Assembly: GCF_964194025.1 (NCBI RefSeq)
Contig: NC_134469.1
Location: 57,350,001 to 57,414,000, forward strand
Length of the DNA stretch: 64,000 bases
From: Convolutriloba macropyga
Taxonomy: Eukaryota
Direction: 5' to 3'
A program made the position numbers and the translations under genes. Positions 1 through 11,545 of this stretch are shown piece after piece (the stretch's first letter is position 1; every line of letters begins with the position of its first letter). Below the pieces are notes generated by a model. The model did not search any database. It worked only from the letters and a program-made list of their open reading frames with translations, and had not been told where the DNA came from.

Positions 1-317
1 ATTGTAGCTTCCTTATTAGTAGCAATTTGATGGTCAACGCGTTTAAGAACATCTGAGGTCTGCTGCTCTATTTGGTGTTGAAGATTTGTTTCCTGACCTT
101 TGACGCCCTGGCTCAACTGGGCTATCTGGGTTTCACAGCCCTTCTTATACTCGTTTATCTCGGAGTTTGCCTCGTCCTTTGCCGCTCTGAGTCTGCTTTG
201 GCGTTCTTTTCTGGCTTCCTCGATTATCTGTTTTGCTTTCCTCTCTGCTCCAAGAAGCTGGTTGATGCCAGGCGAAGATTGCATGGATGATGCGGATTGT
301 GTGCTAGGAAAAGACAT
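1..317 (-). CDS. ATP6V1G: V-type proton ATPase subunit G (5' portion; CDS continues off the left edge)
   Basis: Manual minus-strand translation from ATG at 317: MSFPSTQSASSMQSSPGINQLLGAERKAKQIIEEARKERQSRLRAAKDEANSEINEYKKGCETQIAQLSQGVKGQETNLQHQIEQQTSDVLKRVDHQIATNKEAT. This matches the subunit G N-terminal pattern (GIxQLLxAExxAxxxxxEARKxxxxRLxxAKxEAxxEIxxY). An alternative start is at 284. It is absent from the ORF track because no stop lies in the window. Confidence 0.9.
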   Translation of the reverse strand, partial: MSFPSTQSASSMQSSPGINQLLGAERKAKQIIEEARKERQSRLRAAKDEANSEINEYKKGCETQIAQLSQGVKGQETNLQHQIEQQTSDVLKRVDHQIATNKEAT

Positions 318-324
318 TAACAAT

Positions 325-860
325 CTGGAAAACTTTTGCCAGTTAGTTCCAATAGCAAAGAAGTAGTTTTTGGAAAACAGAGTGACCGCATATTGCTCAT
401 TTTTAGCAATGAAGCTCAACACTTCTTCAGCTCTTGAATACCCGAAAAACTTGAATATTTGAATAGAAGTCAACATAATGTGAACTACGCGCAGCATTGT
501 AGGATGACGACAAAATGCTTGAGCCCGTTTCACACACCTTGATGCGTAATAACCAAAAAGCCGACATTTTTTGGCTTCGCATGTCATCACATTTTGTTTC
601 AATTTTTACCTCCTGTTCGATGTATAGGTAGGTAAAGACGCAATTGACTCATAGCTCAAGGTCGCATACAGCCTGTAGAATCTCGGAAGGTTTCAGATTA
701 AAATGTTATCTGAGTAAGAAAAGTGCGTTATCATTGACGCTATAACTCCAGTAGTAATTAGTACCTGCAGATGAAATCAGGCACCTTCGGCCTAATTATT
801 AACATATGGTTTTAGAGAACAAGACACCAAATTTGATGAATAGCTGCTAAACAACCTTAC
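325..860 (-). other. Candidate 5'UTR intron of ATP6V1G
   Basis: Strong donor AAG|GTAAGG at 860. CTAAC branch point and TTTTCCAG acceptor ending at 325, 7 nt before the ATG. Pairing of these two sites is inferred. Confidence 0.4.
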
Positions 861-1152
861 CTTGTTTAAAACATTCCGTTTCGTTGCTCCGACTACTGCT
901 CAGGGGACGAAATCGCATGTTCAAGATCAGTCTTCTATCTACTGTTATCAATCAAAGTGTTCCATAGAAAGAGCCAATTATGATCACAAGGAAGACGACT
1001 AACGAGCGTTAAAGTATTTGACAGTTTTTATTTCGCGAATTTTTATAGAATTACTTTTGATGCGTACTTGACAATAAAACTGTACTTATTTTGCTATTTG
1101 ACTTACGTGTGCTATTGTTAACATAAATATCACATCTCGAATCTCGAAATTC

Positions 1153-1284
1153 GGGTCTTTCCCATTATAGCCCCCCCCATGAAATTATAGCCCCCCCCAT
1201 TATGGTATATTTACCATGACTGGGGGGCTATAGGTTATCTGACCACTAAGCTGGGGGGGGGGGGGGCTATAATGGGAAAGACCC
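1153..1284. mobile_element. 132-bp MITE with 26-bp TIRs and perfect 8-bp TSD
   Basis: TIR GGGTCTTTCCCATTATAGCCCCCCCC at 1153 and its reverse complement ending at 1284. Flanking CGAAATTC at 1145-1152 and 1285-1292. Internal copies of TATAGCCCCCC in both orientations. Confidence 0.9.
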
Positions 1285-2631
1285 CGAAATTCAACGCAAC
1301 GCCTGCAATCCCAACAAATGTCACAGGTACTGACAGATTATTACTCATCCATTCAAGTCGTGGTTTCTTTCATTTGATTCGATTCCATCACAAATAAAAA
1401 GCAGCAACTTATTGAGAACCATTTTTAATTTTAGGGGCATGACTAGTTTGGAGTGGGTGTTTGAGCCTGGGGGTTTAGGCACTTGATGTATGGTGGGTGT
1501 GTAGATAGATTGGGGCGGGGGTGGGCGGGTGGTTGTGACGGCGAGGAATGGAAGGGGGCAAGTGGGTAAGTGTGGCAGATTCCTGTAGTTTGAAAAAGGA
1601 GGAGGTACTGCAATGCAACGAAAACTTATCAACACGAGCTTTCGACGATGAGTACTAGATAATCACTATATATTCAAAACCATGCAACTGTTACAGCCCA
1701 TGTTTCGAAAACAGGTCAACATTATAAAAGAATTCAATGTTCTAAATCAAAAAAAATCAACTCAAGAATAATAGACGAAAATTTCTTATAAGTAGGGAAA
1801 CAATAGCATCTCCCTATTGCCTTAAGAGCTTAGGTTTTTTTTTCCTTTCATCAACAAATTTTGTTGAAATATTTGAAAAAGAAGTAAATTGATTAGGAAC
1901 ATCAATATGGCCTTCAAATACTCCAATGCAGACAGAAAAAGCAAATCTTAAAGGAGATTCCCTGGCCGCGGAGGCCGGAAAAAATGCCAAACATTTTCAA
2001 ATAACTTGAAAAATGCAACAATTAGTATCACTTTGCGTGTTTCTATTAGTAGTACCAAAACATATAGCTCATAAAATGGTCATAACAAGTAACTCTGTCT
2101 CGCCAAAAACCTTCATCAATTTTGATAAACATCAACCTATGAATAAAAAATAAAAAAAATACAAACACGAAAAATTGCACCATTTTGCGCTCAAAAACTC
2201 TCAAAAATAACCTTTTTAATCAAGGCCATCACAGCAACTGCACCACTATACGCACTCGAAGGGACTACTAAAGTCTAGGACGTCTAATGAAACTGGACTT
2301 TCATTAGCGAACCAAGGCTTTACCTGTTTATCCCGAATTGAAAGATCAAAGTCATTAAAAATTATGTGAAAACATCTTAAGATACACCGCCCCAATACAA
2401 TTCAAATTCTTTGAATTGTGAAAAAACACGACGTCACCAATAATAGCAGCTATCGCTTCGCGGCTATTTAAAAATGAGCATGTCCGAAGGAAATTGATGT
2501 TTATTTGCCACTTTTGCAGACTTTTGGAACAAATTTTGAAACAATGAAAATCATATTCAGAAAACAAATTTCAGCTGCAAGATGTCCTAAGAACTAAATT
2601 TTAGAAAAAGTTTATCGACAAGTTAAAATTT

Positions 2632-2684
2632 GAGTCGAGCTGCTGACTTAGAGTCGAGCTGCTGACTTAGAGTCGAGCTGCTGA
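2632..2684. repeat. 19-bp minisatellite (GAGTCGAGCTGCTGACTTA) x2.8
   Basis: Seen directly. It sits in a dispersed repeat (about 2500-2730) that resembles 7360-7590 and 7950-8180. Confidence 0.9.
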
Positions 2685-2994
2685 TACACAGAGCTGTTCA
2701 TTCAAAAACTTTTCTGCGAAATTGTATCATCTTAATCAATTTTTTTTAGTAATAGTTTACTAATTGAGTTTACCGTCCCCCACCTGTTCTTTAATTTCAT
2801 CAATTGTCAATTCGTCTTCCGTCTTTTTTGTTTATTCAGACAATTTGGTCAACTCCCCTCTCATTGGATCAGTTGAGACGAATCAATTAACAAATTACGT
2901 CCCCTCCCATTGGGTGTAGCAGTTCAGCCTCAAATATGAAGCAATCACTCTGCGATATTATCAATCGATCTAATCAGCTTCTATATTTTTCCCA

Positions 2995-3113
2995 TTTTTG
3001 TAGGAGCTATAAATAACTTTGGGCGCTACCCCTCACGTTTGTAGGAGCTATAATTAACGCTTTTTGTAGGAGCTATAATTAACGTTGGGCGCTACCCCCT
3101 CACGTTGGGCGGT
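2995..3113. repeat. Three tandem partial copies of TTT(TT)GTAGGAGCTATAA...GGGCGCTACCCCTCACG near the 3' end of the CRE-like element
   Basis: Copies start at about 2995, 3038 and 3061. Confidence 0.8.
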
Positions 3114-3172
3114 CGAAGATCAACGTAGCTTCTGTCGCCTTTGGCATCTCGTACCCAGCTCTTTCTTCTGGC

Positions 3173-5961
3173 TTACAGGTCTGCACTTCTTGCTATCAGC
3201 ATCATAGCGTTTCCTCGCATTAGTGCGACTGAAACTGCTTGAGCAAGCAGGCTAAAAATAACTGACAAAAATCAGCTGGTGCACACTTCTGTCTTCAGTG
3301 AGTAGAGCTATTCGCTTCAAAGTCTTGCTCATCAATTCAGAGAAACCACTAAATGATTCAAAAGCCAGGAGAAAGAATTGAACACCTATGTTGGCTCATT
3401 AATGGGAATATTGCTAAAACTTCCTTTCTTCAGCAGCTCTCAGTGCAAAACCAGACATCCTCAGCGCATTTCAAATAATACGGGGTTGCAGTGGGGAGAT
3501 AATGCTAGCATCCAGAGCTGCTGGCTGTCCAGCAGACCAGTAAGCTAAATACACATCGCCAGGTCGAGAATTTATTTCAGGAATCAGATCTTACTGCTGG
3601 CAAACTGGCGACAGGTTAGCAGCACTGCAAGCGGGCAAAATTTAGTCCCTTGGCCGGTTGTGCCGCAAAATTATATCTTTCCAGCCAAGACATATATCAG
3701 CATGATCACCGAGTGTATCCAATGATCCTGTTTTACAATAGTGACACTTCCTTTGTTTTTCATACATGGAATCTCCCAGACTACTTCACAGCTGCACGAA
3801 ACTCGTTGGTCAAGAGATGTAGGCTGAGAACCGGTATGGGAGCTGCCGATAAACAGAATCCTGATTGAGGCAGATAGAGTGACAATTAGCGAGCCTATTC
3901 CCTATCGGATGTTTCCTTTTCAATTAATCTATCGAGAGCGACTTCCTCTATTTTGCTTTGAGTAAGCTGCAACATTGACAAACCATTTAGTTCATCAATC
4001 AATTTGGTATAGGTGTGGTCTGCTGTCGAACTTTGGCCAGTTATACGTTCCACCAATGTAGCAGACTGAAATACGAACAAATATAGGCTGGTTTTATCTG
4101 GTCAGACGCTCGTCTGACTCCAATTCTTGTCATATTGATACGCAAACAAGCTTGACGCCATGACTCATTAGACAAGACAGTACCGAGTATATCCACAAAA
4201 ATTGTCCTTTGAAGACACTCCAATTCCTCAAAATCTTTTACGAATTCCTCCGATGGTGCATTAAAGGGCAGTGAATATACGTTTTTTGTTGCACCCAAGC
4301 ATCTACGGAGAATGCCAGGAGCACACTGTGGGTCATTTATGTACTCCAGGTTCTCCAATAGTTTTGATCTTTTAAAAATTCTTCTGTAACCAGGTAGCAA
4401 CGAATCTGGGGGAGCCAACCCCCGCACCCAGTACTTCAAGTCCCTCTTTACTGCTTTTTTAAATTCTATCAACCGTGTTCAGAGCTCATTTTGAACCGGC
4501 CTCACAAATGTCTCCTGAGTTCTAAGCCGCAAGAGTTGCACGAGACAGTCAATATATTTAAAGCCTTTTAGATCGGTTTCAGCAGCAATACTACCATCGT
4601 CAAGGAACCAGCAGTGCTGGGTAAGATTGGGGTATATTTATTTCAATCTCTTCTACTAGAGGCCACAAGGTCAGGGAAAACATCAATGGGCCCAAGGGAT
4701 CTTGTTGCACGCCGGATTGACAAGTTACAGACTCGTTTTTGTAATAAAGATGACTGTGCTGTGGGTAGCAATAGATGGCAAATGATGCAAGACTCGGCAT
4801 TAGGGTAACAGCTTCCATTAAAGGTTGATCAATTTTAAAATAGATCTGTGATATTCCTGCATTTTGTGAATGCTGCAATTTCTCAAATGTAATTTGGGTT
4901 GCGTGCATGATACTTTCAGCACCGCCATTGGCTCATACACCAAGTTGTTTAGACGAGAACAGTTCTGCCGACTCTGATTGTGTTTGTTTGCCTATGCATT
5001 TCGCAATTAAATGGCACAAGACTTTGCCAAGAGCTATAGGACTCGCACCTCCTTTTAAGTTCTTTAAAGCAATCACAGAAACACTGCAGAAAACTGGTGC
5101 CACTGAAACAGCGAGCTGACCTACGATGGCCAAATTTACAAGCTTTGTTATGCTTGTAATAGCTTGTTTAGATGGAACAGAAGCTGCGCAGTTAACTGCG
5201 TGTAAAAGGCGTTCCGGGTACATTTTGAATGGACCAGCAGCTGGAAAATTTGGGAAAGCTTTGTGGCCAAATACAGTTGGCTCATCAAACTGATACGCAT
5301 GAAGCTTTAACCTTGAAACTGCAGCAGAGGTTCTCACAAAGGGTGTACAGTTTTACGTTCTCTTATCTGGATATTATCTGGTGTTACTCCATCGGATGAG
5401 AGAACTTTTGCTAATCTCCCGAATGGGCCTCGGAGGCACAACGCCTTAGACGAGCTTCAAGTCCATTGGTTTCATTAACTGTTTTTCTTGATTGCTTCAT
5501 CGATGCAGCTTCAAAACAAAATACGGCGTAGTCCCCCGCTTTCCAGCACAAAAACCTTTTTGACAAAATCTTTTCCTGATATTGCTTGTGTTTCTTTCCA
5601 CCCCTAAGAGATGCTGGTAATATGCATTTACTAATGGCAAATAGCTTCTTCCAGCTTTCTGTGCAGTTTGGCTGTGAGACACACCCCTCAATTGTTTGCT
5701 GAGAACGTCCGACCAACTGAGTCGCAGTTTGACAAGTATGTACCGTAGTGTTGGAATCTGCTTCTCACAGATTGTTTCCAAGTCTGGCAGTTCCATAAGA
5801 TTCCTGTTTGTGCACCAGAATTGCAATCGTGCTTGAACTTGTTGTGTTTCGCCAGTCAAAACTATCTCGTCAATGCGGGCTGCTATATCACGGGAAATCT
5901 TTTTTGTATTTGACAATAGTGAGCTAAATTGAGCGTATGCCGAGATAGATCGTGAGCACAC
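3173..5961 (-). mobile_element. Decayed RLE-type non-LTR retrotransposon (CRE-like)
   Basis: Minus-strand fragments: LPDLETICEKQIPTLRYI (N-terminal); RT pieces ALKNLKGGASPIALGKVLCHLIAK and GVQQDPLGPLMFSL; zinc-knuckle remnant DTLGDHADIC..RHN; restriction-like endonuclease motifs SRPGDVYL..W..GQPAALD, AEERK, FFLLAFESFSG and VALMRGNA. Stop at 3173-3175. Many stops and frameshifts. Confidence 0.85.
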
Positions 5962-6999
5962 CCACTAGTCAAATGATGGTCCCCAACTTGCATAACTAAT
6001 CTCAATTTCGTTGTTTTTTGGTCTTTCATTAATTTTAATTAATTTGTCTTTTTATCAGGACAAAACAGCGCTGTATCAACGGGAACCTGATAACGGGGGT
6101 CGGAGCAATCGGCTGTCAGGTTGCTCATTGACTGTGTTAATCAAGAGGATTGGTTCCCTTCGCTTAAAGTGTATCATAAGACACTACTTTCAGCAACGCA
6201 AGAACAATCTACAACTGTACATTCATTCGTTTCAAGTGAGGAGGCTTTCATTTTGTTACTTTTTCTCTTTCCCATTTCTCGTTCTTATTTTCCGAAAGAG
6301 GAATAGATTCTACTAAATTCCTTGCTGATAAGAAAAGCTTAAGGTTTAAATTAGAATCTGATTGAAATTTGCAAACTTATTGCAATCAACTTGCATTATT
6401 TTCGGCTGTCAACTGTTCTATAGTTTTTCCGCTGTTCAACATCAAAAACTGAAGTGGTATGGCTTGATACTGGTAACTATAACTCAAGTTTTTTAATCCT
6501 AATGAATAAAAGCATGGGGGCAACTTTGCTCGTAACTCTGCTTATAAAAAAGCGCAAAAACAACCAATTACTATCAAAACAGGAAAAATCTCACCGAGGG
6601 ACTGGTACTCTTCGTCTCGCCCCAATGGACCAAAAAAAAACATTTCCAGCCAGGTAACATACAGGGCGCAAAAACAGTATAAATCTAATCTTTGGTAATT
6701 TTCTCTTATTGTGTTGCTGATTTTACTTTAGGAGCTAGCCACGCACAAGCTTTATCAATTGTTTTGGAAAAGAATCAGTTTATAACGTAATCGTAGACTG
6801 AGATTTTCCTTCCTTTCTGCTGCAATTTCTATGTTTTTCCTATCTAAATATTTTCTTAATTATATTCCTTTATAAGCGTTCTTGATAACATACTCTTCTG
6901 ACAAGCGGCGTAGAATGAGGAAGAAATTGTCTTCTCTAAAACACGCCGACCGATTTAAAACATTTTAAGGAACTTCTAACAAGCTGTTCATTTTTTTAG

Positions 7000-8173
7000 A
7001 ACATTTTTTTAATCAATTCGGATATACATTTTAAATATGTCACAATGATAGTAAGATATACATCAACTCGGATATACATTTTAAATATGTCACAATGATA
7101 GTGTTCTCCCTAAGGAAAAGCTTTAACTACCTTATGCTTTACATCAAATAAAAACACAAAGTATCTTCTTTTCGATCTATTGGTAAATTTTAATTATTCG
7201 GAGCGTAACGACACAACTTTTATATCATCCCAATTATCTGGGTAAATTTAGTTGTTGAGAGCAGCTTATTTAGTTGTTTTATTGAAGCCAATGAGATCAA
7301 ACAAATCAGGGGAAAATTAGAATTAAAAATAAATGTCCGATAAAAACTAAAGTTTATTTTGCGGTTTTTGAGGACTGCCAAAACAATGACTTGAATCAAA
7401 CTTGAATCAAATCATATTCAAATATTTAATTTCAGCTTTCAGTGTGAGCTGTCTTAGGAAATTAATTTTGGGGAAAATTGATTGACAAGAAGTTAGAAAA
7501 GTTGATAGAGTAATTTACATTTTTTATTCTTGCACGCTTACTCTTGCGCTGCTGATACACGCAGCCGTTCAATCATGTTTTTCTGCAACATTTTTTTAAT
7601 CAATTCGGATATACATTTTAAATATGTCACAATGATAGTAAGATATACATCAACTCGGATATACATTTTAAATATGTCACAATGATAGTGTTCTCCCTAA
7701 GGAAAAGCTTTAACTACCTTATGCTTTACATCAAATAAAAACACAAAGTATCTTCTTTTCGATCTATTGGTAAATTTTAATTATTCGGAGCGTAACGACA
7801 CAACTTTTATATCATCCCAATTATCTGGGTAAATTTAGTTGTTGAGAGCAGCTTATTTAGTTGTTTTATTGAAGCCAATGAGATCAAACAAAACAGGGGA
7901 AAATTAGAATTAAAAATAAATGTCCGATAAAAACTAAAGTTTATTTTGCGGTTTTTGAGGACTGCCAAAACAATGACTTGAATCAAACTTGAATCAAATC
8001 ATATTCAAATATTTAATTTCAGCTTTCAGTGTGAGCTGTCTTAGGAAATTAATTTTGGGGAAAATTGATTGACAAGAAGTTAGAAAAGTTGATAGAGTAA
8101 TTTACATTTTTTATTCTTGCACGCTTACTCTTGCGCTGCTGATACACGCAGCCGTTCAATCATGTTTTTCTGC
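7000..8173. repeat. Near-perfect 587-bp tandem duplication (7000-7586 / 7587-8173)
   Basis: Constant 587-bp offset, with only one substitution noticed. Each copy contains an internal 50-bp-period duplication near its start. Confidence 0.95.
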
Positions 8174-8240
8174 CAGATTATCAGTTTCATCATTTTTTTC
8201 GAAATAATGTATATAACTGATTATCTGGTATATTGTTCAT

Positions 8241-8244
<4 letters not shown>

Positions 8245-8284
<40 letters not shown>
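8245..8284. repeat. (AT)20 microsatellite
   Basis: Seen directly. Confidence 0.95.
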
Positions 8285-8286
<2 letters not shown>

Positions 8287-10350
8287 CATTCTTTTTCAAA
8301 GATTGCCAGCAAATTCTTCAAGAAAGGAGCGGGAGGTACCCAAAATTCAAGCCTATAGTCCGGCTCTTAAAAACTGATCGACTTCCTTCAAGCAGCGTTT
8401 AATAAGTCAAACACTTTACCAAAAAAAATTACGAGGAATACGTTCCGAAATATGGAAGGGAACTGACAGCAAACTAATGAAATGTAAAAAAAAACTGACA
8501 ACCTCGACTAGGTTAGATTTTGAAAAACTGAAGAAGTAAAATCTCTTGACTAGAGAACTTATGGGAACTCAGAATGCTCTATTTGATTTTTGCGACATTC
8601 ATCACAAAATTGTTTTTCTTTAGGAGTATAGTTTTTTCGGAGCAATCAGTCCATTTCATTACCAAGCATACATGCGTACGATCAGTTTAATCGGTTAAAA
8701 GCATCGACGATGGATGAACAAAAGTAACAAAAATTTTTTGTTACTTTTTCTGAAGCAGAATAGTGCTTAAATTACTGTCCTAATATTTTAAATGCCTGTT
8801 TAAACTTAAATGCCAAAACCAATCATTGACATATCAACAAACTCAATCGTGGTTTTGTCATTAATGACCTGGAATAATGAGATTATGTAGATAAAATTAC
8901 ATATTTTTTCCGAACCAACACTTAACCTCGGAATATTGAATAAAGCAGTCATCTTTTTAGTTACTTTCGGAGATTAACAGAAGATCAGTTCTGAATAGAA
9001 GCTTAATGCCCTCACTGGAATAAATATTGATTCAGTAAGAAAAAGTGACTTTAATTGTTTTCAACTTCAATTTTAATTACACTTTTGGCAAATAAATTAA
9101 CTGCTCCCGATGCCCGAATTTCCTTGCAGATATGCTACCATCTCATTATTACTATTATAATTAATTTAAGCGCCCTTTAGAATCTCAACATAGCCAGCAT
9201 TTTTAAAAAACAAAAAGTTTCCAAAAGGTAAGTTCAGATGGTACCAGTTTTAGTTCAAAATGAAGTTCTTCATTTAAGAGCTTGTGCAGAGGAGAAGTAT
9301 TTCCTCCCATAATTTGATCTATATTTCGGCTCCAACAGATAACGCACATATAAACCACGGTATTTCGTTTCATTTCGTTACAACTTTTATCTCATTACAG
9401 CAGTTTCTCCTATGAAGTCATTTACGATTTGATAATTTGGAGCGTAGAATAGAAATACTGGTGCAAACCTTTTCTTAGCTTCCCCCTTGTTGTTAACAAA
9501 AACTGCTTTATACTATAGTTAATGAAATTTGTTTTGGTGTGCTGTTTGTTAAATAGTAAGGAATATTTCCGTAAATAATTAGAGCCCCATTGATGAGCGG
9601 TTTATTTCCAGCTCTGATTACTGCCAGAAGATTTGGCAAACTGCTCAAATTATTAAAGTAAGGTTGCTTTGGACAGTTTGCTCAGAGCCGATCAAGCGTA
9701 TATTAACCTCAAAGCAAAGACGAATAATTTTAATTAGGTTAAAAACATCAAAAATGAATGAAAATTATTTGGAATTTTTTTTCCAAAATTAGACTAACTA
9801 TGCTCCTTGAAGTAAATTACAAGCCAATAGAATAATCACATTCATCAAAAAGGAGCGTGCTGCCAAGATTTAACTTAAGTTCTTGTCTACTTTATCAGAA
9901 ATTTGAAGTAAGATTGCAGGCATTAAAGCAGGATACTGAATACCTTTCAGCTAACCCGATCGAATATTGCAGGACCACTTGCTCAATTTTAATCTCGCAT
10001 TCTGAATATTGGATAAAAATTCATTTGGCAAAATTTATCAAGAATTCATGTTGCAACTATGTTTATATAATTGTACCTGGATGACAAAGCGGAATTTTGC
10101 TTTCACAGCAGCTATATTGAGTTATTCATTTCAAATAAAGTAGTCAGACGTGAGTGAAAAATTCATTGAATATAACTTAGATTTTTAGCCGGAAAACTAG
10201 CAGTTCGATATTTTAGAAACATCTAACACGAAGTGTTTCAATCTTATTTGGCCCCCTAAATTGATTCTGAACAACCAATATTTAACAGAAAAACCAAATA
10301 GCAGTCAAACAAACCGTGTTTTTTGATATTCAAGCTCTCATATTTAAAAC

Positions 10351-10411
10351 CAATCTATCCAAAAACAAATCTATTTAAAACAAATCTATCTAAAACAAAT
10401 CTATTAAAAAC
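10351..10411. repeat. ~15-bp tandem repeat (AAAACAAATCTATyy) x4
   Basis: Seen directly. Flanked by two similar CGTGTTTTTTGATATT..AAGCTCT.ATATTTAAA motifs. Confidence 0.7.
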
Positions 10412-11244
10412 TATTTATAATTAAATCGTGTTTTTTGATATTAAGCTCTGATATTTAAAGCTTTATCCAATCGTGCTAAAAAATTTCTCAAGCCACTTGC
10501 AGGACAGTCACAGGACAATCATTTATACTTGGAAGGATTATATACGTCAAAAATGAGTCCAATCAAAACAATTGATACAAATTTCCTCCTGATTTTTAAA
10601 TTCTATGAAATTATTATATATGATACTATTTACATTACGAGCCTCTATCGGTACCGAAAAAATCTACTTCCAAAGAAATTCGCAAGCGCTTTCAGGTGCC
10701 GCCTTCCGTTCAATGCGGAAAAAGCTTTTATTTTGGGAAACTAGTTTTCACAAAGCAATTAGGAGCCTTAAAATGAAAAATAGGATCAAATAAAAGTGAA
10801 CAGTAGTTACGTTCGGCTGCAAAGACATTTCAGGAAAATTTAATCCACTTTGAAAGGAAGCGATTATAAGATATTTGAGATAAGCATATTTAGAAACTAA
10901 TGCAAACATTTTCCGCAGGAAGTCAAATTAATACCAGATTTCTCATTATAATTAGAAACAAGGGAAGTTTATACCAACAAGGGAAGTGTTTTCCACATTG
11001 TATGTTATCAATTTTTGTAAACTTTTACTTCATCTCCTCGCTAAAATCAACCAATTTGAGATATTCTCTTTTAAATTGACTTTCTTCCCTCAGTTAACTT
11101 TAACTTTTAATTTCAGAAAATAAATGCAAAATTATCACTCAGTAATTGTTATTTGTTCTTATACAGATTGCTGAATTGTTTATGGTTTTTATCCTCTTTT
11201 TCGCACACATTTTGTTATCGTTCAGACTCATTTAATGTTTTCAG

Positions 11245-11545
11245 GCTCTGTTTCATGCTTTTTGTGTTCGCTTTCCCAAACAGGTGGCAGATATGACTAA
11301 AATACTATTAACATTAAAAACTAAAATGAGGAAACACTGTGCAATTAATATGCCGCTCAATTAATGTTCCTTTGTCTGTTCCCGTTTTTCTTATCTTAAC
11401 CGAAAGTATCTTATTCCAATTCTGCTGTTTTCATGCTCTGTTCTTTAAATATGCGGCAGATATAACTAACACGCTTTCATCAACATTAAAGACTAGAATG
11501 AGGGATTATTGTGCAATTAATCTGCCACTTAAATTATGTTCCTCG
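11245..11545. repeat. Diverged ~175-bp tandem duplication
   Basis: GGCAGATAT.ACTAA...AACATTAAA.ACTA.AATGAGG...TGTGCAATTAAT.TGCC.CT.AA.T.ATGTTCCT occurs twice. Confidence 0.65.

Noticed and set aside
72-366. Plus-strand ORFs 72-290 and 100-366
   Set aside because: Antisense shadows of the ATP6V1G coding sequence.
8290-10100. Possible decayed coding or transposase sequence
   Set aside because: No recognisable motif and no long frame, so I cannot support a call.
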